Positions 48,958 to 59,382 of a stretch of 64,000 nucleotides of DNA are shown here, one piece after another (position 1 is the first letter of the stretch; each line of letters starts with the position of its first letter). A model generated the notes under the pieces. It was not told where the DNA came from. It was given only the letters and a program-made list of their open reading frames with translations, and searched no databases. The stretch is from an uncultured Rhodospirillaceae bacterium (GTDB lineage: Bacteria; Pseudomonadota; Alphaproteobacteria; Dongiales; Dongiaceae). A program made the translations under genes and the position numbers. The stretch spans positions 2,779 to 66,778 of the forward strand of contig CAYJQC010000024.1 in the NCBI GenBank assembly GCA_964372215.1. Reading direction: 5' to 3'.

Positions 48958-49761
48958 ATGACGCAGATGAGCCGCATCCGGTTGTCGACCGGAATCGACA
49001 TGGAGCTGGCCCAAAGCGAGCCGGCCGGGGCGGGCGGCGGCCGGCCGGTGCTGTTCCTGCACGGCTACACCGATTCCTGGTACTCCCATAACGGGGTGCT
49101 GCAGGCGCTGCCGCCGGGCGTGCACGCCATCGCGCCGTCCCAGCGCGGCCATGGCGGCACCGACAAGCCGGCCGGCAGGTTCGCCATGGCCGACTTCGCC
49201 GCCGACGCGATCGCCCTGATGGATGGCCTGGGCGTCGCGCGCGCCGCCATCGTCGGACATTCCATGGGCAGCCTGATCGCCCAGGAGCTGGCGCTCACCC
49301 ATCCCGACCGGGTCTCGGCGGTGGTGCTCAACGGCTCCGCCACCACGGCGGACAACGACGCGCTGCGCGGCATGCTGCCGGAGGCCCGCCGGCTCGCCGA
49401 TCCGCTCGATCGCGGCTTCGTGTCCGCGTTCCAGTCGGGCACCTGCGTCGGGCCGCTGGGGCCGGGGATGGATCTGGAGCACGCCATCGACGAGAGCATG
49501 AAGATGCCGGCCCATGCCTGGGTCGGCGTGCTCGAGGGCCTGATCGCCTGGCACCCGCCGAAGCCGCTCGGAGAGATCGCCTGCCCGGTACTGGTCACCT
49601 GGGGCGACCGGGACGAGATCTTCCTGCGGCCCGAGCAGGACAGGCTGGTGGCGGCGATCCCCCAGGCCCGGCTGTCGGTCTATGAGGGCGTCGGCCACGC
49701 GCCCCATTGGGAGCAGCCGGCGCGCTTCACCGCCGAGATGATGGCGTTCCTGGACGAATGA
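48958..49761 (+). CDS. alpha/beta hydrolase
   Basis: 267 aa from ATG 48958. HGYTDSW, nucleophile elbow GHSMGS, late GHAPHWE His motif. Confidence 0.85.
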   Translation: MTQMSRIRLSTGIDMELAQSEPAGAGGGRPVLFLHGYTDSWYSHNGVLQALPPGVHAIAPSQRGHGGTDKPAGRFAMADFAADAIALMDGLGVARAAIVGHSMGSLIAQELALTHPDRVSAVVLNGSATTADNDALRGMLPEARRLADPLDRGFVSAFQSGTCVGPLGPGMDLEHAIDESMKMPAHAWVGVLEGLIAWHPPKPLGEIACPVLVTWGDRDEIFLRPEQDRLVAAIPQARLSVYEGVGHAPHWEQPARFTAEMMAFLDE

Positions 49762-49782
49762 CCGGCGGCGCGCGGTCGCCGT

Positions 49783-50745
49783 TCAGGCGAAATAGCCGGC
49801 GCGCACGGCGGCGCCGATCAGATTGAACGCCAGCCGGCCGGCAGTGATGCAGGTGATGGCGTTCAGGTCCCGCTTCGGCGTGATCTCGACGATGTCCATG
49901 CCGAGCAGCCGGCCCTTGGCGGTGAGGCCGCGAATCAGCTTCACCGCCTGGTAGTAGGTGACGCCGCCCGGCGCCGGCGCGTCGACCGCCGGCATCACCG
50001 CCGGGTCGATGCCGTCGGCGTCGATGGTGAGATAGTAGCGCGCGCCGTCGGGGATGCGGGCCAGCACGGCGTCCATGCCGATTTCGTGCAGCGTCTCGGC
50101 GGTGACGATGTCGGCGCCATAGGCGCGCGCGGCCGCCACTTCCTCGGCCCGCGCGCTGCCCTGGCCGCGGATGCCGATCTGGAAGATGCGGTCGATATGC
50201 GCCATTTCAGAGGCGCGCCGGATCGGGCTCGAATAGCCCTCGCGCACGCCGTCCATTTCGTCGCGCCAGTCGAGATGGGCGTCGATATGCACGAGATGCA
50301 CCGGCCCGTGGCCGTCCAGCGCACGGAACACCGGGATCGGCACGCCGTGGTCGCCGCCGAAGACGATCGGCAGGGCGCCCGCCGCCAGGATGCGGCGGAC
50401 CGCCGCCTCGGCCCGGGCGTAATGCACCCTGGGATCCCTGGCGTCGCCCGGCACGTCGCCGCAATCGACGACCCGGATGTCCTTGCCGTCGAACAGCGTG
50501 CCGCCGACGTCGAAGTCCCAGCGGTCGAGGCCGAAGGCGACCCGGTCGGAGGCGCGGCGGATCGCCGTGGGTGCATTGGTCTGGTCGTTGGCGACCTCGT
50601 CGACCGAATAGGGATCGCCATAGGGCAGCCCCAGGATCGCCACATGCGGGCGCTGCGCGGCCAGGGCGTCGAGGTCGGTCGCCACGGGAAAATCGAGGAA
50701 GCTGCGCATCCCCCGACAGGGCGGCACGGTGAGCGGCGCGGTCAT
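49783..50745 (-). CDS. agmatinase/arginase-family ureohydrolase (guanidino-compound hydrolase)
   Basis: 320 aa with Mn-binding motifs FGGDHGV, HIDAHLDW, TIDADGIDP. Confidence 0.88.
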   Translation of the reverse strand: MTAPLTVPPCRGMRSFLDFPVATDLDALAAQRPHVAILGLPYGDPYSVDEVANDQTNAPTAIRRASDRVAFGLDRWDFDVGGTLFDGKDIRVVDCGDVPGDARDPRVHYARAEAAVRRILAAGALPIVFGGDHGVPIPVFRALDGHGPVHLVHIDAHLDWRDEMDGVREGYSSPIRRASEMAHIDRIFQIGIRGQGSARAEEVAAARAYGADIVTAETLHEIGMDAVLARIPDGARYYLTIDADGIDPAVMPAVDAPAPGGVTYYQAVKLIRGLTAKGRLLGMDIVEITPKRDLNAITCITAGRLAFNLIGAAVRAGYFA

Positions 50746-50754
50746 GGGCCTGTC

Positions 50755-52755
50755 CTACAGCGTCATCGCCAGCTTGCGGCCCTCGTAGAACGCCATCGAG
50801 GCGGTGCGGGCGGAGACCGCGTCGCCGATCGAGTGGACCTCGATCCCGCTGCTCGCCAGGGCCTTGGTCAGGCCGTCCTCCGGCGTGTTGGTGAGGGCGA
50901 GGACCAGGCTGTCGAACTCGCGCTCCTCGCGGTCCAGGGTGTAGAGGTTGAGCAGGGTGGCGGTGTTGCCCGACCACTTCTCGACCGCCGTCGCCAGCAC
51001 CACCTCGACGCCGTATTTCGCCAGGCGCTCGCGGGTGGTCTCGCCGGTGTGGGAGAGGTCGAGGGCGGCCGCCGCCTTTTCCGCCGGGGTCACCACCGTC
51101 ACCTGGTGGCGCTGCTGCGCCAGGTGCAGGGCGGTGCCGGTCGCCGGCCACCAGCCGTTGAGATCGTCGAGCAGCAGCACCCGGGTGCCCGGCACGATCC
51201 TGCCGTCGAGCACGTCGTGGACGGTGCAGACATTGTCCTGGTCGGCGCCGGGCAGTCGATCGAGATGGGGAAAGCTGCGCTGGAAGCCGCTGCGGGTCGG
51301 CGCCGAGCCGGTGCACAGCACCACCGCGTCGGCGCCGGATTTCTTCACGTCCTCGGCGGTCAGCTCGGTGCGCAGCTTGACCTGGACCTGCAGCTTCTCG
51401 AGCTGGCCCTGGTACCAGGTCAGCAGTCCGCCGATCTCGCCGCGCTCGGGCTGGCCGGCGGCGAGGCGGAACTGGCCGCCCAGCTCGCCCTGGCGCTCCA
51501 CCAGGGTGACCCGGTGGCCGCGCGCCGCCGCCAGCCGCGCGGTCTCGAGCCCGGCGGGACCGGCGCCGACCACCAGCACGTGGCGCGGCGTCTTGGCCGC
51601 CGGCGCGGAATCGCCGTCCCATTCATGCTCGCGCGCGACCGACGGATTGACCAGGCAGGACACCCAGTAGTCGCGGAAACGCCGGCCGATGCAGAGCTGG
51701 TTGCAGGAGATGCAGGGTCGCACGTCCTCCGCCCGGCCTTCCCGCGCCTTGTTGGCGAGATGGGGGTCGGCGATCTGGCCGCGCACGATCGAGACCAGGT
51801 CGGCCATGCCCTCGCTCAGCACCTTCTCGGCGTTGGCCGGGGTCTTGACCCGGGCCTCGGTGGTGACCTTGGCGTGGCGCACCACCTCCTTGAACTTGGC
51901 CGCGTCGGCGGCGCCGAACAGCATGCCGAAATGGAAGGACGGCACGATCTTGAAGGACTGGTTGAGATAGCTGCCGGTGCCGCAGGAGAAGTAGTCGACC
52001 AGGCCGTTCCCGTCCAAGGCGGCGATGATATCCTGCTTGTCCTCGATCTTGAGCCCGCCGGGATAGGGCTCGGCGCCCGAGATGGTCATGCCGACGACGA
52101 AGTTCTCGCCGGCCATGGCGCGGATGCGCCGGCAGATTTCCACCGCGAAGCGGGTGCGGTTCTCCAGGCTGCCGCCCCAACGGTCGTCGCGCTTGTTGGT
52201 GAGCGGCGACCAGAACTGGTCGACCAGGCAGCCATAGCCGGCGAAAATGTCGACGCCGTCGAAACCGGCTTCCTTGTCGCGCCGCGCCGCCTGGACGAAA
52301 CCCTCGATCAGCTCCTCGATCTCGGCCTCGGTGACCGCATGGCTGCCCCACTGGTCATGCAGCGACGGCAGGCCCGAGGGCGACCAGTACGGCTCCCAGG
52401 AGTTGTCCTGATCGCCGTGCTGCCCGACATGGTAGATCTGGTGGATCATCGCGGTGCCGTGTTTGTGGCACTCGTCGGTGATGCGGCGGAAATGCGGGAT
52501 GACCGCGTCGTTCTCCGCCAGGAAGTTGCCGCGGATCAGCACGCCGGTGCGGTGCGCCGGCGCCGGCTCGACCACGATCATCGCGGCACCCCCGCGGGCG
52601 CGCTCGCGGTAATAGCCGAAATGCCGGTCTCCCGGCAGGCCCTCGTAGCTCATGTTGACGGTGTGGGCGCCGAACACGATGCGGTTCTTGAGCTCGAGAT
52701 GGCGCAGCTTCAAGGGCGTGAACAGTGTCGGAAACTGAGCGGACATGGCGGGCAT
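50755..52755 (-). CDS. FMN/[4Fe-4S]/FAD-NAD(P) three-domain flavoprotein (TMADH, N-methylproline demethylase, 2,4-dienoyl-CoA reductase architecture)
   Basis: 666 aa. OYE-like N-terminal barrel (NRIVFGAHT...), Cys cluster CISCNQLCIGRRFRDYWVSC, then dinucleotide fold VLVVGAGPAGLE. Lies 9 nt upstream of the agmatinase-family gene. Confidence 0.85.
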   Translation of the reverse strand: MPAMSAQFPTLFTPLKLRHLELKNRIVFGAHTVNMSYEGLPGDRHFGYYRERARGGAAMIVVEPAPAHRTGVLIRGNFLAENDAVIPHFRRITDECHKHGTAMIHQIYHVGQHGDQDNSWEPYWSPSGLPSLHDQWGSHAVTEAEIEELIEGFVQAARRDKEAGFDGVDIFAGYGCLVDQFWSPLTNKRDDRWGGSLENRTRFAVEICRRIRAMAGENFVVGMTISGAEPYPGGLKIEDKQDIIAALDGNGLVDYFSCGTGSYLNQSFKIVPSFHFGMLFGAADAAKFKEVVRHAKVTTEARVKTPANAEKVLSEGMADLVSIVRGQIADPHLANKAREGRAEDVRPCISCNQLCIGRRFRDYWVSCLVNPSVAREHEWDGDSAPAAKTPRHVLVVGAGPAGLETARLAAARGHRVTLVERQGELGGQFRLAAGQPERGEIGGLLTWYQGQLEKLQVQVKLRTELTAEDVKKSGADAVVLCTGSAPTRSGFQRSFPHLDRLPGADQDNVCTVHDVLDGRIVPGTRVLLLDDLNGWWPATGTALHLAQQRHQVTVVTPAEKAAAALDLSHTGETTRERLAKYGVEVVLATAVEKWSGNTATLLNLYTLDREEREFDSLVLALTNTPEDGLTKALASSGIEVHSIGDAVSARTASMAFYEGRKLAMTL

Positions 52756-52892
52756 TCTCCCTAGGGCGATGCCGGGCGCCGCCTGCCACGGGCGGCGCTT
52801 CTCGGCGCGAAGTGAGGCTATCGAGTCTGGAAGTCAGTTGTCGATGATGTTCCGTTCGGCGCCGCCGGCCCCTCGTTCCCAAATGCGCCCCG

Positions 52893-53540
52893 TCAGGAGA
52901 TCGAAGGCGCGGGCGCGTCCGGAGCCTCGAAGGGAAAGGCCATGGACAGGGTCCCGACCGTCACCAGGTAGCTGAATAGCGCCGGGGCGACGATCAGCAG
53001 ACCCGCGGAATCCTCGTTCATGTCGGGAAAGATTGATACGACGAGAATCGACGCCACCGCGAAGAAGACCGCAGCCGCCAGCAACGCCGCGCCCGAGACC
53101 GCCAGGACGCGGAGCCAGCGCAGCCGCAGCCTGTTCTCCCGCGCATATATTATCGTCGCGCGAATACCCCGCCAGCCGACCACGACCATGACGCCCGCGA
53201 GCGCGATGTTGCGACCGCCGGGCGTGACGCCGATCAGCGCGGCAGTGGTCACGGCCAGGACGAGGAGTGCGTAGACGAACAGGAGCACCGCAAGCACGCG
53301 GCTCTTCCGGCGCCGAAGGAAGTAGCCGCCGACCACGCAAAGGACAGGGTCCATCAGGTCCGCGCTCGGTTGTGCGCCGCCGAGGATCTGGATTCCGATG
53401 ACGAGGCTCTGCAGCGCCGCCAGCACGTACCAAGCGGTGGACAGCGTGGCGAGGGTTGCGTCCACCGCCTCAGGATCGATCCTGCCGAACAGCCGGCGCG
53501 CCTGCGACCGGGCGTCGGTGTTCCCCGCAACCAACTTCAC
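52893..53540 (-). CDS. membrane protein, unknown function
   Basis: 215 aa, about five hydrophobic segments, acceptable GC3. No motif recognised. Confidence 0.55.
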   Translation of the reverse strand: MKLVAGNTDARSQARRLFGRIDPEAVDATLATLSTAWYVLAALQSLVIGIQILGGAQPSADLMDPVLCVVGGYFLRRRKSRVLAVLLFVYALLVLAVTTAALIGVTPGGRNIALAGVMVVVGWRGIRATIIYARENRLRLRWLRVLAVSGAALLAAAVFFAVASILVVSIFPDMNEDSAGLLIVAPALFSYLVTVGTLSMAFPFEAPDAPAPSIS

Positions 53541-53752
53541 CCCCGCGATTCCACTGCGGCATCATGCCCTTGGTCCGGCTTGGCGAGAAGTGAGTGCCGC
53601 AGCATTCAGGTGCGGCGGCCCACTGACCGGGTCCACAGCCGTGGCGCTTCTCGGCGAGGCGTTCAAGCTAAGCGGAAAACGGCCGGTCGTCGAGACGGCG
53701 GCACGCTGCGGGAGACCGCCAATGGCGGCCCCGATTGCGGCCCCTGGATGGA

Positions 53753-53793
53753 TTGACGGCCGGGCTTGTTTAACGTTATATACTTTAACGTTA
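53753..53793 (+). promoter_or_regulatory. sigma70-like promoter with tandem palindromic operators
   Basis: TTGACG (53753-53758), 17-nt spacer, TTATAT (53776-53781). TTTAACGTTA occurs at 53769-53778 and again at 53784-53793, each containing the palindrome TAACGTTA with a central CG. Confidence 0.5.
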
Positions 53794-53849
53794 CATAAGC
53801 CGACGCGCGGGCTGAACCTGCGGAAGCGACGAACCAGGGAGGGGGCGGC

Positions 53850-54773
53850 GTGACGACAGCCAAGGCCGGCAGCCAGGCGATTTCCGGCGTCTATCCCATG
53901 CTGTTCGCGTTCTTCGACGCCGCCGAGCGGCTCGACCGCGGCGCCATGCGGCGCCAGGTCGATGCGCTGGTCGCCGCCGGCGTCCACGGCATCGCCGCGC
54001 TCGGCCTCGCCACCGAGTGCAACAAGCTCAGCGTCAACGAGAAGCGCCTGCTGCTCGACTGGGTGGCCGAGGATCTTGGCGGCCGCCTGCCGCTCAGCGT
54101 GACCGTCTCGGAACCCGACGTCACCGGCCAGATCGAGTTCGTCAAGGCCGCCGCCGGCGCCGGCGCCGGCTGGGTGGTGCTGCAGCCGCCGCCGGTCAAG
54201 GGCGCGCCCGAGTCCGAGCTGCTGCGCTTCTTCGGCGCGGTCGCCGACGCGGCATCTGTCCCGGTCGGATTGCAGATCGCGCCGGAGTATCTCGGAATCG
54301 GACTGTCCGCCGCGACCCTGAAGGAGCTCGGCCGCCGCCATCCGAACGTGCGGATCCTCAAGGTGGAGATGGCGCCGATCGACGTCGCCGAGCTGATCGA
54401 GGCGACCGACGGAGCCTTCGAGGTGTTCAACGGGCGCGCCGGGCTGGAGCTGCCGGACTGCGTGCGCGCCGGCTGCGTCGGCATGATTCCCGGTGCCGAA
54501 TGCGCCGACGTGCTGACTTCCGTCTTCAACGGCATGCGCGCCGGCAGCGCCGAGGCGGTCGCCCGGGCGGAGCGCGACTATCTCGGTGTCGCGCCCCTCA
54601 TCACCTTCTCCATTTCGTCGATGGACTGCTTTCTGCTCTACGCGAAGCGGGTGGCGGCCCGCCGGTTCGGCATTGCCGCCGAGCTGGCCCTGCCGCGCCG
54701 GCCGTTCACGCCGGCCAGCGGTTTCGGCCTGTCGCTCGCGGAACGGCATTCGGCGACCCTCGGACCGCTCTAG
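53850..54773 (+). CDS. dihydrodipicolinate synthase/NAL-family protein
   Basis: 307 aa from GTG 53850 (GGGAGGGGG upstream). Family-like LGLATECNKLSVNEKR and Lys context VRILKVEM. Confidence 0.8.
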   Translation: MTTAKAGSQAISGVYPMLFAFFDAAERLDRGAMRRQVDALVAAGVHGIAALGLATECNKLSVNEKRLLLDWVAEDLGGRLPLSVTVSEPDVTGQIEFVKAAAGAGAGWVVLQPPPVKGAPESELLRFFGAVADAASVPVGLQIAPEYLGIGLSAATLKELGRRHPNVRILKVEMAPIDVAELIEATDGAFEVFNGRAGLELPDCVRAGCVGMIPGAECADVLTSVFNGMRAGSAEAVARAERDYLGVAPLITFSISSMDCFLLYAKRVAARRFGIAAELALPRRPFTPASGFGLSLAERHSATLGPL

Positions 54774-54857
54774 AGGGACAAGGGGGTCAGCGTCCTGGGC
54801 CGCGGCCGCCCCTGGCGCATCGACACAACAGGCCGCGACAACGCAGAGGAGGTCGTG

Positions 54858-55712
54858 ATGAATCGCTCGAAGCTCGACATCAGCCGACGGACGTTCCTGG
54901 CGGCATCGGCGGGCACCGCCGCCCTTGCCCTCGGCAGCCGGCGCGGCAGCGCGGCGGATCTTCTCGAGGAGATCAAGTCGCGCGGCTACATGCGCGTCGG
55001 CACCTTCAGCATTCCGCCCGAGTGCTGGATCGAAATCGGCAGCGGCGAATGGCTCGGCATCGACGCCGACTTCACCAAGGCGATCGCCAAGGCGATCGGG
55101 GTCGAGGTCGATCCGGTGGTGATCACCCATGCCGCGCTGGCGCCGGCGCTGCAGTCGGGCCGCCTCGACACCATCGCCGGCCTGTACCGCACGCCCGAGC
55201 GCGAGAAAATCATGGCCTATAACGAGATTCCGTTCTGGTACGGGGTCGACGTGCTGCTTACCCAGAAAGGCCAGGATGCCATCAAGAGCTTTTCCGACAT
55301 GAAGGACCGGACGCTGGGCACCGTGCGCGGCTCCGCCCAGGAGCTCGAGGCCACCGAGCTGCAAAAGAACTTTGGCGTCGGCGAGATCCGCAAGTACGAA
55401 TCGGCCGATCCGATGCTGCTCGACCTCAAGGCCGGCCGAATCGACGCGGCGATCTGGTGGGGGTTCACCTTCGACTACGCGGTGCAGCAGAACCCCGACT
55501 ACGACCTCAAGGTCGTCGAGTACATGCCGCCGCAATATCTCGGCAGCGACATGCTGCCCGGCACTCACTACGTCTTCCGCAAGGACGGCGCGGCCTCGCT
55601 GATTGCCGCATTCGACGCCGAGATCAGGCGGCTGCTCGACAGCGGCGAGGGCAAGGCGATCATGGAGAAGTACGGTCTCGCCAGCCCTGCATATCTCACC
55701 GGCAAGATGTAG
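54858..55712 (+). CDS. amino-acid ABC transporter substrate-binding protein (family 3)
   Basis: 284 aa. Tat-type signal [18 protein letters not shown]. Polar amino-acid-binding fold. Confidence 0.85.
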   Translation: MNRSKLDISRRTFLAASAGTAALALGSRRGSAADLLEEIKSRGYMRVGTFSIPPECWIEIGSGEWLGIDADFTKAIAKAIGVEVDPVVITHAALAPALQSGRLDTIAGLYRTPEREKIMAYNEIPFWYGVDVLLTQKGQDAIKSFSDMKDRTLGTVRGSAQELEATELQKNFGVGEIRKYESADPMLLDLKAGRIDAAIWWGFTFDYAVQQNPDYDLKVVEYMPPQYLGSDMLPGTHYVFRKDGAASLIAAFDAEIRRLLDSGEGKAIMEKYGLASPAYLTGKM

Positions 55713-55784
55713 GATTCCGGCGAACCGAACCCCTGGATGGAGCGGCCGGCGGTCGCTCCATCCTGTGCCGCCGGACCGAATCGG

Positions 55785-56438
55785 ATGCTCGACTTCCTGG
55801 AGTTCGCCCTCGAGTACCTGCCCTACGTCGCGCGCGGTGCGATCGTCACGATCGAGCTGACGGCGGCGGCGCTCGTGCTCGGCGCCGTGCTCGGCCTGAT
55901 GGGCGCCTTGGCCAAGCAGTCCGGGCGGCAGCCGCTGGTCTTTCTCGCCAATGTCTATGTCGAGGTGATTCGCGGCACGCCGGCGCTGCTGCAGATCTTC
56001 GTCATGTATTTCGGTCTCGCCACCTACGGGCTGCGGCTCGACCCGCTGACCGCCGCGGCGCTGACCCTCGGCATCATCGGCGGCGCCTACATCACCGAGA
56101 TCATCCGCGCCGGCATCGAGGCGGTCGATCGCGGCCAGGTCGAGGCCGCCACCAGCCTCGGCATGGCGCCCACCGCGATCATGCGGCGCATCGTCCTGCC
56201 GCAGGCTATCGTGCTGATGGTGCCGCCGTTCACCAACTTCCTGATCGCCCTCATCAAGGACACCTCCCTCGCCCTGACCATCTCGGTGCCGGAGATCATG
56301 TACCGGTCCTACGACGTGGCGAGCCAGACCTATCGCAGCATGGAGATCTACGCCGTCGCCGGCATCATCTACCTGGCCATGTGCTACCCGCTGTCGCGCC
56401 TGGCGCGGCGGCTGGAGCGGCGGGTCGCGCGACGATGA
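55785..56438 (+). CDS. amino-acid ABC transporter permease
   Basis: 217 aa from ATG 55785. His/Glu/Gln/Arg/opine-family signature ([14 protein letters not shown]). Confidence 0.88.
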   Translation: MLDFLEFALEYLPYVARGAIVTIELTAAALVLGAVLGLMGALAKQSGRQPLVFLANVYVEVIRGTPALLQIFVMYFGLATYGLRLDPLTAAALTLGIIGGAYITEIIRAGIEAVDRGQVEAATSLGMAPTAIMRRIVLPQAIVLMVPPFTNFLIALIKDTSLALTISVPEIMYRSYDVASQTYRSMEIYAVAGIIYLAMCYPLSRLARRLERRVARR

Positions 56439-57190
56439 CCGAGCTGCTGCGGGTCGTCGGCCTCGCCAAGGAGTTCGGACCGCTGCGCGCCCTCGATGGC
56501 GTCGACCTTTCGGTGGCGCGCGGCGAGCGAGTCGCGCTGATCGGCCCCAGCGGCTCCGGCAAGAGCACCCTGTTGCGCTGCATCAACCGCCTCGAGGAGC
56601 CGACCGGCGGCAGCGTCTTCTTCGAAGGCGTCGAGATGCGGCCCGGGCCGGAGCTGCGCGCGATGCGCGCCAGCATGGGCATGGTGTTCCAGCACTTCAA
56701 CCTGTTCACCCACATGACCGTGCTCGCCAACGTCATCGAGGCACCGATCCAGGTGTTGAAACTCGATCGCGCGGCGGCGGTGGCGCGCGCCGGAGCCTTG
56801 CTCGAGCGGGTCGGGCTGTCGAGCAAGGCGGACGCCTATCCGGCCCAGCTCTCGGGCGGCCAGAAGCAGCGCGTCGCCATTGCCCGTTGCCTGGCGATGG
56901 AGCCCAAGCTGCTGCTGCTCGACGAGATCACGTCGGCGCTCGATCCCGAGCTGGTCGGCGAGGTGCTCCAGGTGATCCGCGATCTGGCTCGACAGGGCAT
57001 GACCATGCTAGTGGTCACCCACGAGATGGCGTTCGCCCGCGAGGTGGCGAGCCGGGTCATTTTCATGGACCAGGGACGGATGGTCGAAGAAGGCGCGCCC
57101 GAGCAGATCTTTGCGCGGCCGACCCATGAGCGGCTACGCCGCTTCCTGCACGCGGTGCTCGATCGCGCGCCGATCGACGCCAATGGCTGA
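56435..57190 (+). CDS. amino-acid ABC transporter ATP-binding protein
   Basis: 251 aa with ATGA overlap to the permease stop. [28 protein letters not shown]. Confidence 0.9.
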   Translation: MTELLRVVGLAKEFGPLRALDGVDLSVARGERVALIGPSGSGKSTLLRCINRLEEPTGGSVFFEGVEMRPGPELRAMRASMGMVFQHFNLFTHMTVLANVIEAPIQVLKLDRAAAVARAGALLERVGLSSKADAYPAQLSGGQKQRVAIARCLAMEPKLLLLDEITSALDPELVGEVLQVIRDLARQGMTMLVVTHEMAFAREVASRVIFMDQGRMVEEGAPEQIFARPTHERLRRFLHAVLDRAPIDANG

Positions 57191-58259
57191 CCCTCGGACC
57201 GGACGCGCCAAGCCCCGGACTCGCCGCAACTCCGCCGTTGCCCGCCGCGTTACCGTGGTCGACGTCGCCCGCGAGGCCGGCGTGTCGCCGATGACGGTGT
57301 CGAACGTGGTCAACGGGCGACACCGGTTGATGAGCGAACCGACGCGGCGACAGGTCGAAGCGACGATCGAGCGACTTGGCTATCGACCGCACGTCACCGG
57401 CCGCTCGTTGCGGCTCGATCGGCGCTTCGCCATCGGCATCGTGATCGTCGATGAATCGCCGACCTTTCTCGCCGATCCCTTCATCACCCAGCTCGTCGCC
57501 GGCCTCGGCAACTATCTGAGCGAGCAGGGCTATGGGCTGGTGGTGCAAGGGATGGCGGCGGACCGCCTGGCCGACGCGCCGCTGATCCAGCGCCACGAGA
57601 CCGACGGGCTGTGCGTGCTGCTGTCCGGCACGGCGAAGCAGCGGCACCGCATGCTGTCGCTGTTCGGCCGGCTGGATCAGCCGCTGGTGCTGTTTCAGGA
57701 GCCGGTGCCGGCGGCGATCGACGATGCCATCTCGATTCGTCAGGACGACTACGGCGGAGCGCTGGCGCTGGCCCGCCGGCTCCTGGCCGAGGGCGTGCGC
57801 GACATCCTGTTCCTCAAACCCGCGCTGGACTGGCCGGCGATCGACGAGCGCGAGCGCGGCATCCGGGCCGCAATCGCCCGCCGCCGTTCGCGCGTGCGGC
57901 TGGTCGCCAGCGCCTGCGGTGCCGATGCCTTCGACGCGGTCCAGGTGACCCTTGCCACCCATGTCGAGAGCCATGGCCTGCCCGGCGCAGTGATGGGCGG
58001 CAACGACCAGATCGGGATCGCCGCGCTCAAGTGGCTGCGCGACCGCGGCGTGTCGGTTCCGGGCGACCTGCGGGTCACCGGGTTCAACGCCTTCGATGCC
58101 TGGCGCTATAGCGAACCAGTGCTCACCACCGTCGTCTCTCCGGCCTACGAAATGGGACGGCGCGGCGGCGAGGTCATCCTCGCCAGGCTGCAGGGCACGA
58201 GCTTCGCCGAGCGCGGCATCCTGCTGCCGGTCACATTGCAGCCCGGCGCATCGGCCTGA
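57183..58259 (+). CDS. LacI-family transcriptional regulator
   Basis: 358 aa from ATG 57183 (8-nt overlap with the ATPase gene). [26 protein letters not shown] plus a periplasmic-binding-like effector domain. Confidence 0.88.
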   Translation: MADPRTGRAKPRTRRNSAVARRVTVVDVAREAGVSPMTVSNVVNGRHRLMSEPTRRQVEATIERLGYRPHVTGRSLRLDRRFAIGIVIVDESPTFLADPFITQLVAGLGNYLSEQGYGLVVQGMAADRLADAPLIQRHETDGLCVLLSGTAKQRHRMLSLFGRLDQPLVLFQEPVPAAIDDAISIRQDDYGGALALARRLLAEGVRDILFLKPALDWPAIDERERGIRAAIARRRSRVRLVASACGADAFDAVQVTLATHVESHGLPGAVMGGNDQIGIAALKWLRDRGVSVPGDLRVTGFNAFDAWRYSEPVLTTVVSPAYEMGRRGGEVILARLQGTSFAERGILLPVTLQPGASA

Positions 58260-58276
58260 AGGGGGCCGGCCCGAGA

Positions 58277-59236
58277 CTAGGCACGATGCCGTCCCAGCGG
58301 CCGGGTCCACAGCCGCGGCGCGGCCAGGCCGGCGAGCACGATGGCGAGCGCCGCCAGGGCATGCGGGCTCGGCGCTTCGGCCAGCAGCAGCACGCCCCAG
58401 ACCACGCCGACCGGCGGCACCAGGAAGTTGTTGAAGGCGGCGAACCCGGCGCCGGCGCGGGCGACCACGGCGAACAGCAGGACATAGCCGAGCGCGGTCG
58501 AGACCACGCCCAGCAGCAGCACGGCGAGCAGCGAGAGCCAGGAGGGATCGAGCGCCCAGGGCCGGTCGACGGCGAGCGCCGCCGGCACCGCGATCGCCGC
58601 CGCCGACAGCAGCATGCCGATCGAGACCGCGTCGGGCGCGAGGCCGCCGAGGCGGCGCGCCAGCAGGGTGTTGCCGGCGTAGCACAAGGCGGCGGCCAGC
58701 ACCGCGAGCTGGGCAATGAGCTGATGGCCGAGCCCGGCGAGCGCGCTCGGCCCGACCAGCACCACGATGCCGACGGCGCCGAGCCCGACCCCGACGATCT
58801 TGCCCGGGGTCAGCGGCTCGTCATGCTGGACCAGATGGGCCATGACCAGCGTGCCGATCGGCACGAACGACATGAGGATGGCGGCGAGCCCGCTGTCGAT
58901 CCGGGTCTCGCCCCAGGAGATCAGCGCGAACGGCAGCACGGTGCCGATCGCGCCCATCAGCGCGAGCTTGGCCCAGCTGCGCCGGTCGGTCGGCAGCTTC
59001 GTGCCGCGCAGGGCGGCGATCGCCCCGAGCACGACGAGGCCAACCACGATGCGCCCGGCCACCACCGAGAGCGGCGGGATGGAGGCCACCGCCATCTTGA
59101 TCAGCAGGAACGAGGCACCCCAGGTCAGCCCAAGCGCCACCAGCAGCAGATAGTCGCCGCGATTGGGCCGCGCGGCGCGGATGGCGGCGGCCGGCGAGGA
59201 TGCGGTGGTGGCCATGGGCGTCGCGTTGTCATCCAT
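58277..59236 (-). CDS. DMT-superfamily (EamA-type) transporter
   Basis: About 312-319 aa, starting at ATG 59236 or 59215. Ten hydrophobic segments. The 648-aa track ORF is read-through into the upstream gene's shadow. Confidence 0.82.
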   Translation of the reverse strand: MDDNATPMATTASSPAAAIRAARPNRGDYLLLVALGLTWGASFLLIKMAVASIPPLSVVAGRIVVGLVVLGAIAALRGTKLPTDRRSWAKLALMGAIGTVLPFALISWGETRIDSGLAAILMSFVPIGTLVMAHLVQHDEPLTPGKIVGVGLGAVGIVVLVGPSALAGLGHQLIAQLAVLAAALCYAGNTLLARRLGGLAPDAVSIGMLLSAAAIAVPAALAVDRPWALDPSWLSLLAVLLLGVVSTALGYVLLFAVVARAGAGFAAFNNFLVPPVGVVWGVLLLAEAPSPHALAALAIVLAGLAAPRLWTRPLGRHRA

Positions 59237-59382
59237 GAATCGGGGCGGCGTGCCTGCTTCAAGCGATGCGGCATCCTGCGCAGAACGCGGCTCGCCGGCA
59301 AATGCCGGCCGAACATGGATGCCATGTCGCTGGAGTCGAGCGCGCGCTGTTTCGGCATGTCGCCACCGCGCTAGTCCCTCCC

